From NCBI GenBank assembly GCA_965215605.1, contig OZ244070.1, positions 3,616,001-3,680,000 on the forward strand: a stretch of DNA of 64,000 bases, in the 5' to 3' direction. Below the pieces are notes generated by a model. It saw only the letters and a program-made list of their open reading frames with translations. It had not been told where the DNA came from and searched no databases. This document shows positions 28,845 through 38,010 of the stretch, piece by piece. A program made the position numbers and the translations under genes. How positions within the stretch are numbered: the stretch's first letter is position 1; each line of letters starts with the position of its first letter. Source of the stretch: an uncultured Candidatus Binatia bacterium (GTDB lineage Bacteria; Desulfobacterota; Binatia; UBA9968; JAJDTQ01).

Positions 28845-30332
28845 ATGGCCGCAGTAGAGGCAACCAGAATCGCCGAGAAAGAGCTCAGAGCCGAGGGCAC
28901 GCCCAGCTACACCGATTTGCGGGAGTGGCTGGAGATCGTGGAGGCATTCGGACAGTTGAAGAGGGTCGACGGGGTCGACTGGAACCTGGAGATGGGGACG
29001 CTCTCCGAGCTCATCGCCCAGGGGAGCAAGGGGCCGGTCCCCGCGGTGCTTTACGACAAGATCAAGGATTACCCCGAGGGTTTCCGGGTGCTGTTCGCCC
29101 AGAACGCGTCGTTCAAGCGCATGGCGCTGGCGCTGGGCCTGCCCCTCGACTACACCGATCTGGATCTGGTGCGGGCCACCCGCACGAAGATCTCGCAGCA
29201 CAATCCGATCCCGCACCGGGTGGTGGAAACCGGCCCGGTGATGGAGAACGTGCTCAAGGGCGAAGACATCAACCTGCTGAAGTTCCCGGTCCCCTTCATT
29301 CACGAGTTGGACGGCGGACGCTACGTCGGCACCGGCTGCCTGGTGGTCACCAAGGACCCGGACGAGGGCTGGGTCAATTTCGGCACCTACCGCGGCATGG
29401 TCCAGGACGAGAAGAGCATGAACGTGTACATCTCGCCTGGAAAACACGGCCGTATCCAGCGTGACAAGTGGTTCGACCGGGGCGAGAAGTGCCCGGTGAT
29501 CGTGTGCGTCGGCCAAGACCCGGTGCTGTTCATGGTGTCCGGCAACGAGGTGGACTACGGCGTGTCCGAGTACGACTACGCCGGCGGCCTCAAGGGGCAT
29601 CCCATCGACGTCATCAATGGCGAGGTCACGGGGCTGCCGTTCCCGGCTCACGCAGAGATCGTCATCGAAGGATTCATGGACCCCGACGAGCGGAAGACGG
29701 AAGGACCGTTCGGCGAGTGGACCGGCTACTACGCCAGCAACAGCCGCCCGGAGCCGTTGATCCGGGTCCAGCGCATCTACCACCGTAACGACCCGATCCT
29801 CACCGCGGCCCGGCCCGGACGTCCGCCTTCGGACTACTCCATCGCCAAGTGCATGGTGAAGGCCGCGCTCATCTGGGATCAGGTGGAGAAGGCCGGCGTG
29901 CCCGACGTCAAGGGCGTATGGTGCCACGAGGCCGGCGGCGGCCGTCTGCTGAACATCATCTCCATCAAGCAGCGTTATCCGGGTCACGCCCGTCAGGCCG
30001 GCATGGTGGCCTCGCAGGTCCACGCCGGCGCCTACCTCGGCCGCTACGTCATCGTGGTGGACGACGACATCGACCCCACCAAGACCTTCGACGTACTCTG
30101 GGCCCTGGCTACCCGTTCCGATCCCGTGGACTCCATCGATATCCTGCGGCGCTGCTGGAGCGGCCCGCTGGATCCGCGCATCGAGCCCGGCAAGAAGGGC
30201 TTCAACTCCCGCGCCATCATCGACGCCACCCGGCCCTTCGAGTGGATGAAGGATTTTCCGCCCGTGGCCGAGTCGACACCCGAGCTGAAGAAGCAGGTGT
30301 TCGACAAGTGGCGCCACGTCATCGAAGGATAG
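28845..30332 (+). CDS. UbiD-family prFMN-dependent decarboxylase
   Basis: YTDLREWL, HELDGGRY, NFGTYR, EGPFGEWTGYY, VVDDDIDP, AIIDATRP. Confidence 0.94.
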   Translation: MAAVEATRIAEKELRAEGTPSYTDLREWLEIVEAFGQLKRVDGVDWNLEMGTLSELIAQGSKGPVPAVLYDKIKDYPEGFRVLFAQNASFKRMALALGLPLDYTDLDLVRATRTKISQHNPIPHRVVETGPVMENVLKGEDINLLKFPVPFIHELDGGRYVGTGCLVVTKDPDEGWVNFGTYRGMVQDEKSMNVYISPGKHGRIQRDKWFDRGEKCPVIVCVGQDPVLFMVSGNEVDYGVSEYDYAGGLKGHPIDVINGEVTGLPFPAHAEIVIEGFMDPDERKTEGPFGEWTGYYASNSRPEPLIRVQRIYHRNDPILTAARPGRPPSDYSIAKCMVKAALIWDQVEKAGVPDVKGVWCHEAGGGRLLNIISIKQRYPGHARQAGMVASQVHAGAYLGRYVIVVDDDIDPTKTFDVLWALATRSDPVDSIDILRRCWSGPLDPRIEPGKKGFNSRAIIDATRPFEWMKDFPPVAESTPELKKQVFDKWRHVIEG

Positions 30333-30356
30333 GGCTTCGTTCCGAGGCTATGACAC

Positions 30357-30395
30357 AAAGGGCCGGGGGCATCACGCTCCCGGCCCTTTTTCTTT
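30357..30395 (+). terminator. Intrinsic terminator after the ubiD-like gene
   Basis: AAAGGGCCGGGGGC-ATCAC-GCTCCCGGCCCTTT followed by TTCTTT. Confidence 0.85.
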
Positions 30396-30525
30396 GGTCG
30401 AATTGCACCGAAAGGGTAAGCGCCGCTTTGATAGGGGTCTGTCGCAAATCCGGTTGACCTTGCTATAACGCATGATACAGAAATGGGTTTGTAGGAGCAG
30501 TAGCCACGGAACAACTGTGCCTGTC

Positions 30526-30696
30526 ATGACCAACGAAGTTCTTGATTTCGCTGCCCTGACCGTCGGTATCGCGATCCTGGCGTTCTTGTGGAATCTTCAC
30601 CGGGACGTCGCCAATCTACGCGAACGGATGGCACGCCTTGAGGGTCTGCTGGAAGGATTCACCCAGACTGGCAAGCCCCCACCGCCCCAACCGTGA
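30526..30696 (+). CDS. Small membrane-anchored coiled-coil protein (56 aa)
   Basis: Hydrophobic FAALTVGIAILAFLW then DVANLRERMARLEGLLEG; extended -10 TGcTATAAC upstream (30461-69); start uncertain. Confidence 0.65.
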   Translation: MTNEVLDFAALTVGIAILAFLWNLHRDVANLRERMARLEGLLEGFTQTGKPPPPQP

Positions 30697-31143
30697 GTCA
30701 CACCCCCCGCATCGGGGATGCCCTTCCGGTCAGCGTCCGCCGTCACGCGATAGTGCGGAAACGCATGTAGATACAGAGCCTTACGGCTCACCCCGGCCCG
30801 CACCGCCAAGCGGCTTCCTCGAAAAACGCCGCCGCGATCGCTTCCTGATGCCACAGGGTATAGCGTCTGCCTGAATCATTTCGCCGCTGCCTGTCGAAAC
30901 CAGCAAACCAAGGGAGGAGAAATGGAACACAGCCCGGAATAGAAGCATCCTTCTGAGCCGCATATGATTGATCGGTCATAGTTGCACATTCCCTCAATTC
31001 GGCTCGGCTAGCCGTTCCTGGCAAGCCCTTGCGGGCTTGATGACCTCCTCTACCCCGGGAGACGAGAGCATCGTGGCAGGGATAGGCTTCGCAAGTATGC
31101 GGGAGTAGTCCGCCGCTCGCTTCCGCGAGCGTTCCCTGTCCAT

Positions 31144-31452
31144 TCATCGGCCCCATCCTTCGCGCGCCCCGTGTGCTTCCAGTGTCCGCACCACATCCTG
31201 AAAATGTTTGACGTTTCCTTCTGTCTTTTCCATCCCGAATCGGGCTGCTTCCAGAGGAGTTAATCTATCTCCGGCACTCGCGTTGACCTTCGCGCCAGCA
31301 GCGAGCAAGGCCTCGACCGTTGCCGTTTGGCCCATGGCTGCCGCAACGTGAAGGGGAGTCCACCCAATTTGGTCTTTGGCGTTCACGTCCGCGCCTGCTG
31401 TGAGCAAGGTCTTTACCGCCCGCACAAGCGGCATCATCAATCGTCGAATCAT
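31144..31452 (-). CDS. Ankyrin repeat protein, probably an N-terminally truncated remnant
   Basis: LLTAGADVNAKDQIGWTPLHVAA...VEALLAAGAKVNA...LTPLEAA; begins mid-repeat. Confidence 0.75.
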   Translation of the reverse strand: MIRRLMMPLVRAVKTLLTAGADVNAKDQIGWTPLHVAAAMGQTATVEALLAAGAKVNASAGDRLTPLEAARFGMEKTEGNVKHFQDVVRTLEAHGAREGWGR

Positions 31453-31689
31453 CGCGTCACTCCACTGGTTCCAGATGAATCCGGTTCCCGACCGCATCGA
31501 CGGGCAATGCGTGTTGGAAGAATATGCATTGGCCCGAGGCCGTGGATCAAGGAGTCTCATTGAAGGCAGCTGCATCGAAGCATCCCGTCCCGGCAGAGAT
31601 TGTGCCGTCGGACACATGCCGCTCGGATTGCATATAGGCACCAGACCGACTGACGTTGGAAATAACGGAGCGCTGGTGCCGCCCCGAGC

Positions 31690-32254
31690 GCATCCACCCC
31701 GGGCCGGAAGGTCTGGATCGTGCAGGCCCGCATCGAGGGGCGGAGCCGCCGCATCGTCATCGCCCGCCACGGTGAAATCGACCTTGTGCAAGCGCGCCGC
31801 CGCGCACGCGACCTGCTCGCGCGCATTCGCGCGGGCGGGAACCCCGCCGACGACATCCAGCGGGAGAGGGAGACCCCGACCCTTCGGGAGTTCGCGGACG
31901 AGTATCTGCCGCCGCAGCGAAGTGCTCGATCTTCGCTGGCGGAACATCGGCAAGGATGCCTTGAACCTCGAAGACTCCAAGACCGGCCCGCGCGCGGTGC
32001 CGCTCGGCGAGGCCGCGCGGGCACTGATCGAGACCCTGTCCGGCACCCGGAAGCCGGAGGCATTCCTGTTCCCGAGCTACGCGCACGGGAAGGGCTACTA
32101 CCTGTTGCGCAATTGCTGGTGCACGGTCTGCTCAGACGCGAAGCTCGGCAGGCTTCGCCTGTACGACCTTCGGCATACCGCCGCCAGTCAGGCGGTCATG
32201 GCAGGAGAAAACCTGCCGCTGGTCGGAAAGCTGCTTGGACACCGACGGCACCGT
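31690..32254 (+). pseudogene. Degraded tyrosine integrase (Arm-binding plus partial catalytic domain)
   Basis: GRKVWIVQAR...GEIDLVQARRRAR...TLREFADEYL in one frame, then CRRSEVLDLRW...DSKTGPR...YDLRHTAASQAV...LLGH in another; core-binding domain and catalytic Tyr missing. Confidence 0.88.
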
Positions 32255-32317
32255 GTCGATCTCCCAGTCCCCGATCCGCCGCTTGTCAGAGCATCTGACG
32301 GGTTTGGTATTGCTGCG

Positions 32318-32734
32318 TCAATTGCAGGTTGCGGTTGCCGAACTGGGACTACCCACGCTGTATGCCGTTGGGTATGGGGGAGAGCAAGCAGTACCATTGT
32401 TTGAGGCAGCACAGGTGGCCTCATCGGTGTTGGTGTTGGACGTCTGAATCGTGATCGTGTGCGAACCCCTGTTTGCCAAGTTGCAGGGAAAGGAGAACTC
32501 GAACTTAGGCTGCAACCGCCAGTAACGATCATAGCCCTTCCATCTGACAAGGATTACCACCGCGTGACCCGGACTCGAACTGAGAGATGCTGTAAATTTT
32601 ACATCCTCGCCGGAATAGTACTGTGATGTGCCCGCTGTGATAGTCGCGCTCGGCGGAGTTTGCGCCAGTGCCGGGTATGTCAGCATTCCGAAAACCAATG
32701 TGGCCAGCACGGTCATCGTCAGTTGCCGTATCAT
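32318..32734 (-). CDS. Secreted hypothetical protein (138 aa), beta-rich with 4 Cys
   Basis: AAAGGAGG RBS; signal peptide ending ALA-Q; lower GC; C-terminal YSVGSPSSATAT. Confidence 0.75.
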   Translation of the reverse strand: MIRQLTMTVLATLVFGMLTYPALAQTPPSATITAGTSQYYSGEDVKFTASLSSSPGHAVVILVRWKGYDRYWRLQPKFEFSFPCNLANRGSHTITIQTSNTNTDEATCAASNNGTACSPPYPTAYSVGSPSSATATCN

Positions 32735-32789
32735 CGAGTATCCTCCTTTTGATCCGGAAACAGCCATAGAACTGCTTTTCTCATACCAC

Positions 32790-32801
32790 GGGGGGGGGGG
32801 G
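32790..32801. repeat. G12 homopolymer (C12 on the coding strand) upstream of the secreted protein
   Basis: 12 consecutive G seen directly. Confidence 0.9.
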
Positions 32802-32814
32802 CGCCAGGAATAAT

Positions 32815-32925
32815 TCCAAGTCGCGCCGCCGTCTCGGTCACGTTCCAGCCCACGTCGTCCATGCTCTCGCGGATGAGTTCGCCCAGGTGCGGCGGGTTCT
32901 GCATCGGGCCGACGCGTCGTCTCTT
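32815..32925 (-). pseudogene. HigA-family antitoxin N-terminal remnant
   Basis: RVGPMQNPPHLGELIRESMDDVGWNVTETAARLG, broken within the HTH. Confidence 0.75.
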
Positions 32926-32964
32926 GCACGGCAAGCGGCCGCCATGCGGTCACGCCTATGCAGG

Positions 32965-33831
32965 TCAGGCGCCCTGAAGGTTGGCGAGTATCCGCCGGGT
33001 GGAGAGGGAGCGGTTGAGAGTGTAGAAGTGGATGCCCGGCGCCCCCCCCTGGAGCAGCGATCGGCACTGTCGCGTGGCGTGCTCGACCCCCACCTCGATT
33101 ACAGCGTCGGCATCGCCGCTCACTGCTTCCAGCTTCGCCAGCAGGGGCGCTGGAATCGTGGCGCCGCACATCTGGGTGAAGCGTTTGATCTGGGCGGTGT
33201 TGGTGACGGGCATGATGCCGGGGATGATGGGGGCGTTGATTCCCGCCACCCCGGCGCGCGATACGAAGTCGAAATAGTCGCACTCGTCGAAGAAGAGCTG
33301 CGTCACGACGAAGTCGGCGCCGGCGTCGACCTTGCGCTTGAGGTTGCCCAGGTCCTGCTCCGCGCTGGATGCCTCCGGGTGGACCTCGGGGTACCCGGCG
33401 CCTCCGATGCAGAAGTCCTTCCGTTGCCGAATGAAAGCGATGAGCTCGTTGGCGTGAGAGAATCCTTGGGGATGGGGGACGAACTCCGTGTCGCCCCGGG
33501 GAGGATCCCCCCGCAGCGCCATGATGTTCTCGATGCCGGCCTCTTCGTATTCGTCCAGGAGTTGGCCGATCTCGTCGCGGCTGTGGCCCAGGCAGGTGAG
33601 ATGGGCCATGGCCTCGATGCCGGCCTCGCGCTTGATTCTCTGAGTGATCGCCACCGTCTTTTCGCGGGTGCTGCCGCCGGCCCCGTAGGTGACCGATACG
33701 AAGGCCGGCCCCAGCGCCTTGAGGTTGGCCACGGTCTCGAACAGGGCGTCGATGCCGCGGTCATCCTTGGGCGGGAAGAACTCGAAGGAGAAGAGCGGAC
33801 GTTCCTGGCCGAAGCGTTCCTTGATCTTCAT
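32965..33831 (-). CDS. metF: 5,10-methylenetetrahydrofolate reductase
   Basis: SFEFFPPK, VTYGAGGS, AHLTC, ALRGDPP, TQLFFD, HFYTLN. Confidence 0.96.
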   Translation of the reverse strand: MKIKERFGQERPLFSFEFFPPKDDRGIDALFETVANLKALGPAFVSVTYGAGGSTREKTVAITQRIKREAGIEAMAHLTCLGHSRDEIGQLLDEYEEAGIENIMALRGDPPRGDTEFVPHPQGFSHANELIAFIRQRKDFCIGGAGYPEVHPEASSAEQDLGNLKRKVDAGADFVVTQLFFDECDYFDFVSRAGVAGINAPIIPGIMPVTNTAQIKRFTQMCGATIPAPLLAKLEAVSGDADAVIEVGVEHATRQCRSLLQGGAPGIHFYTLNRSLSTRRILANLQGA

Positions 33832-36050
33832 TCGTTGCGCTCCCTGCCGGCGTCTCGCAATGAGCGCCAGACGCGCTCCGGCGTGAGCGGGAGGTCGCAG
33901 ATCTGCGCGCCGGTGGCATGCGCGAGGGCACCGGTGATGGCGGGGGCCACCGAGAAGATGCCGCCTTCGCCCATGCCGCGGCTTCCGTAGGGGCCCAGGC
34001 CGTCGCCGTTTTCCACCAGCACGGTGTGGAAGCCCCGGGGCATATCCGAAAAGGAAGGGATCCGGTAGTCCACGAGCGTGGAGTTGATGAGTTGGCCGCC
34101 CTCATAGACCATCTGCTCGAAGAGGGCGTGTCCGATGCCCATCATGGCGGCGCCTTCTTCCTGGCCCTCGCACTGTATGGGATTGATGGCCTTGCCGACG
34201 TCGGCCACGGAGAGGTAGTCGGCCACCGTGATGGCGCCGGTGTCCCGGTCCACATCCAGCTCCACCGCGCCCATGCCTACTTCCCACACTACCGGCAGGA
34301 CGTCGTTGATGATCTCGGGTCCGACGGTGCCGGTGCCGATCAGCTCGCCCGCGGCCGCCCCGAACCGTTTCTCCAGCACCTCGGCGAAGGACAGCCGGGC
34401 CTCGCCGCATACCAGCGCGCCGTCCATCAACCGGATCTCCTTCGGCTTCACGCCGTACACGCCGGCGCCGATCTTCAGGAGCTGGCGCTTGATGTCCCGG
34501 GCCGCGGCCTGCACCGCCCGGCCCATCAGGGTGGTGGAACGGCTGGAGCCGGTGGAACGGTCATAAGGGGTGATGGCCGTGTCGGCGCCGGACATGCGAA
34601 TCCGTTCCAGCGGAAGCTGCAGTTCCTCGCCCACAAACTGTGACAATACGGTCCGGACGCCCTGTCCCATCTCGGTGCTGCCGGCCATGATGGTGGCGGC
34701 GCCGTCCGCCTGGAGCCGAACCATGGCCACGGTGATGGGCTGGCCGCCGGCGTTGGTCATGCCGCAGGCCAGTCCCACGGGGGCGCCGGCCTTGCCCGTG
34801 CGCTTTTTCCAGCGGCTGGCGGAGACCAGCCGTTTGAGTGTGCCGGCCAGGTTCACGTCCAGCGGACGCAGCCCCGGACGCAGCACCTCGCCGCGCTTGA
34901 GCAGGTTCTTGAGCCGGAACTCCGCCGGGTCCATGCTCAGGGCGGCGGCGATCATGTTCATCTGGCTCTCGCCGGCGAAGATGGACTGGGGCCCGCCGAT
35001 GGAGCGGAAGGAACCCGCTCCGCCGCTGTGGGTGTAGACCGCGTAGGCATCGGTGTGGATGTGCGGGATGTTGTACGGCCCGAGGATCCGGGTGGCGGCG
35101 CGGCCCGCCACCTGGGGCCCGTTGTCCATGTAGGCGCCGGTGTCGAGATAGATCTCCGCCTCCCGCGCCATCAGCGTCCCGTCCTGCTTGACGCCGGTCT
35201 TCAGGCGTATCTTCGCGCTGTGCCGCCGCACCGTGAGCATGGCTTCCGGTACCGACAGGCATACCCGCACCGGGCGTCCCGTCTTGCGCGAGGCCGCCAC
35301 CACCAGCGGCTCGATCTTGGCGTAGGACTTGCCGCCGAAGCCGCCCCCCAGGTAGGGCACGTTCAGGCTCACCTTGCTGGCGGGAAACCCGAAGATTCGC
35401 GCCAGGTCGGCCTGGACCAGGAACGGGTGCTGCGCCGAAGACCACAGCGTGATGCCGTCGTCCCGGTAGTCGGCGATGACGCCATGGGGTTCCATGGTGT
35501 AGTGGTAGATCATCGGGAAGGTGAAGTGGTGTTCGAAGACGTGATCCGACCGCGCGAAGCCCTCCGCCGCGTCGCCGCGTCGCACCTGCTCGTGTCCGCA
35601 GATGTTGCCGCTCCGGTCCTCGTGGACCAGAGGCGCATCCGCGGCCAGCGCTTCGTCGAGCCCCACCGCCGACGGCAACTCCCGGTAGACCACGTTCACC
35701 GCGGTCGCCGCCTGCTCGGCCGTCTGCGGATCCTCGGCCGCCACCACCGCCACCGGCTCGCCCGCGTAACGGGCTCGTTCCAACGCGATGAGCGGGCGGC
35801 CGGCGTAGTGCGGGTCCAGGTCCGCCACATCCCGGCCCGTCAGCACGCCGGCCACCCCCGGCAGGCGCTCGGCCGCCGCGGTGTCGATGTCCTCGATCAG
35901 CGCGTGAGGGTGGTGGCTGCGCAGCACATGCCCATACAGCATACCGGGAATCTCCAGATCCCCGGTGTACTTGGCCCGGCCCGTGACCTTGTCGACGCCG
36001 TCCACCCGGCGGGTGTTGGCGCCGACGTATTTCAACTGAGGTTTTGCCAT
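33828..36050 (-). CDS. Xanthine oxidase-family molybdopterin-binding subunit (stand-alone)
   Basis: Start MAKPQLKYVG...KVTGRAKY; GGGFGGK, SFRSIG, EMGQG, SRGMGE. Confidence 0.93.
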   Translation of the reverse strand: MAKPQLKYVGANTRRVDGVDKVTGRAKYTGDLEIPGMLYGHVLRSHHPHALIEDIDTAAAERLPGVAGVLTGRDVADLDPHYAGRPLIALERARYAGEPVAVVAAEDPQTAEQAATAVNVVYRELPSAVGLDEALAADAPLVHEDRSGNICGHEQVRRGDAAEGFARSDHVFEHHFTFPMIYHYTMEPHGVIADYRDDGITLWSSAQHPFLVQADLARIFGFPASKVSLNVPYLGGGFGGKSYAKIEPLVVAASRKTGRPVRVCLSVPEAMLTVRRHSAKIRLKTGVKQDGTLMAREAEIYLDTGAYMDNGPQVAGRAATRILGPYNIPHIHTDAYAVYTHSGGAGSFRSIGGPQSIFAGESQMNMIAAALSMDPAEFRLKNLLKRGEVLRPGLRPLDVNLAGTLKRLVSASRWKKRTGKAGAPVGLACGMTNAGGQPITVAMVRLQADGAATIMAGSTEMGQGVRTVLSQFVGEELQLPLERIRMSGADTAITPYDRSTGSSRSTTLMGRAVQAAARDIKRQLLKIGAGVYGVKPKEIRLMDGALVCGEARLSFAEVLEKRFGAAAGELIGTGTVGPEIINDVLPVVWEVGMGAVELDVDRDTGAITVADYLSVADVGKAINPIQCEGQEEGAAMMGIGHALFEQMVYEGGQLINSTLVDYRIPSFSDMPRGFHTVLVENGDGLGPYGSRGMGEGGIFSVAPAITGALAHATGAQICDLPLTPERVWRSLRDAGRERNE

Positions 36051-36172
36051 GATGATGCCTTTGAGCCGAGTCTCCGGCCGGAGCCGGTGACTCGGTCCGT
36101 TAAGTTTCGAAACAGGTTGCGCGGGCTGGTGGGGTAGGGGAGAGACATCGGGGTGTCTCGGACCCGAAGCCC

Positions 36173-37201
36173 TCAAAAACCGTACAGCGCCCGGGGATTG
36201 TCGTCCAGGATCTTGGCTACCGACGCGGGACTGACCTTGCCGTCGTCCTTGAGCTTCTCCAGGGCCAGGATCTCGCTGGAGGTATCGTTGTGGCCGTAGT
36301 CGGTGCCGATGATGATGTTGTCGTCGCCGGTGTATTCCAGCACGTAGTCGAGGTCGTCGTCTGTCTGGCAGGCCACGAAGATGCGGCTGTCGCTGAGAAG
36401 GCTGCGGGACAGCTCGATGCCGCGCTTCTGCCGGAAACGCTTGGCGAGGTCGTGGAACACGTAGGGGACCCACTGCGCGCTGACTTCGATGAAGCCGATG
36501 CGCAACCTCGGGAACCGCTCCGGGACACGGTCCCAGATCACCGAGTGGAACGACCCCACCACCGCGAGCTTGAACTTGTTGAAACCGGGTTCGTCGAAGA
36601 AGAGGTCGTGCTGGGTGAAGCTGCCGGTGGCCGAGTGCACGCACAGGGGCACGTTGGCGTCGCTCAGGGCCTCGTAAAGCGGGGTGAAGCAGGGGTCGCT
36701 GAGCCGCCGGTCGCCGATGAGCCCGGGCACGTACACGCCGCAGGCGCCGTGCTGGAGCACGAAGTCCAACTCCTTGAGCGCCTCGTCCATGCTCCGCAAC
36801 GGCAGGATTGCGGCCCACCGCAGGCGGTCCTGGCCCGCCTTCCAGATGTCGCACAGCCAGCGGTTGTAGCTCTTGAACAGCGCCATCTCCACCTCGGGCT
36901 TGTCGGTGACCGGCCGCAGGAAGATGGTGGGGTAGAGCACCTGCATCGCCACGCCCATCTCGTCCATGTGCCGCAGGCGTGACGCGATATCCGACATCTC
37001 ACGGGATTCCTCGGGCGTGTCCTCCCCTACGTTGTCGGACTTGGCAAACAGCCTTCCGTCCACCAGCCAGTACTCGCCGCTGTTTCCCGCGGCGTCGCTG
37101 GAAGTCACGACCCGGGGGCGTAATGCCTTCTCCGCCCCCTCCATGTATTCCCAGGTCCGGTTGGTTTCCAGCACGTGTGCGTCTGCGTCGATGACCGCCA
37201 T
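36173..37201 (-). CDS. Amidohydrolase_2 family protein (ACMSD/LigW-like)
   Basis: IDADAH, YNRWLCD, LCVH, FIE, GTDYGH; GGAGG RBS. Confidence 0.88.
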   Translation of the reverse strand: MAVIDADAHVLETNRTWEYMEGAEKALRPRVVTSSDAAGNSGEYWLVDGRLFAKSDNVGEDTPEESREMSDIASRLRHMDEMGVAMQVLYPTIFLRPVTDKPEVEMALFKSYNRWLCDIWKAGQDRLRWAAILPLRSMDEALKELDFVLQHGACGVYVPGLIGDRRLSDPCFTPLYEALSDANVPLCVHSATGSFTQHDLFFDEPGFNKFKLAVVGSFHSVIWDRVPERFPRLRIGFIEVSAQWVPYVFHDLAKRFRQKRGIELSRSLLSDSRIFVACQTDDDLDYVLEYTGDDNIIIGTDYGHNDTSSEILALEKLKDDGKVSPASVAKILDDNPRALYGF

Positions 37202-37255
37202 GATATGACCTCCAGTGAAAATGTCGGTCCAAGCCGATGTCAGCAATTTAAACGA

Positions 37256-37972
37256 CTATAGGAGTCCCATCAACTCGTGGAGTCCGCGGATGCGGAGGGC
37301 AGCGTCGTGGTCCGTGTCGCCGCGGCGGTCCAGCAGCACGGGCCGGACGCCGGCGTTCAGCGCTCCCTCGACGTCGGTTTCCGGGCTGTCGCCCACGTGC
37401 ATGGCTTCGTCCGCGGTGATGCCGTGACGCTCCAGCGCCAGATGGAAGATTCCCGCGTCGGGCTTGGCGAATCCCGCGCTGCTCGAGATGAACACCGAGT
37501 CGAAGTAGTCCGCAATACCCAGTCCGCGGATGATGTCGAGCACCCTCGAGTCGAAGTTCGAGATCATCGCCAGGATCAGCCCGCGGCTCCTGAGGGCGTC
37601 CAGGGTGGTCCGCGCGTCGTCGTAGAGCTCCCAGGAGTCGGTGCGGGCAAAGTAGGCGAACAGCTCGGCGAAGTAATCCTCGAAACCGGGAAACGGTCCG
37701 GCGGGCTCGAAGACGCGCCGCACCACGTCGTGCCACCAGGCTCGTTCCAGCGTCCGCAACCCCTGGCCCTCCGATCCCGGAAACACCATGGCCGGCGCGG
37801 TGGCGAAACAGTGGCGGAAGCGCCGCGAGACTTCTTCGAAGGGCACGTCCTTGCCGTACCGTTGCGCCATCTCCGCGTAGGTGACGGCTACGGGTTTGAC
37901 GGATTCGAACAGTGTTCCGGCGGCGTCGAGGAAGACCGCCCTGGGTTTGGTGAAGGGTCCGGGAGGTGTCAC
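37256..37972 (-). CDS. HAD-IA family hydrolase
   Basis: FLDAAGTL, ISNFD, AKPD, HVGDSPETDVEGA. Confidence 0.9.
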   Translation of the reverse strand: MTPPGPFTKPRAVFLDAAGTLFESVKPVAVTYAEMAQRYGKDVPFEEVSRRFRHCFATAPAMVFPGSEGQGLRTLERAWWHDVVRRVFEPAGPFPGFEDYFAELFAYFARTDSWELYDDARTTLDALRSRGLILAMISNFDSRVLDIIRGLGIADYFDSVFISSSAGFAKPDAGIFHLALERHGITADEAMHVGDSPETDVEGALNAGVRPVLLDRRGDTDHDAALRIRGLHELMGLL

Positions 37973-38010
37973 TTTCGCGTATTTTCCGAGTATTCGCTAT
38001 ACTGAAAGGG

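Noticed and set aside
31144-32404. 300-aa and 342-aa ORFs as intact ankyrin or integrase genes
   Set aside because: Chimeric open frames spanning remnants; only subregions carry family motifs.
33828-36854. 1008-aa extended Mo-subunit ORF
   Set aside because: The extension overlaps the amidohydrolase in another frame; family homology starts at 36050.
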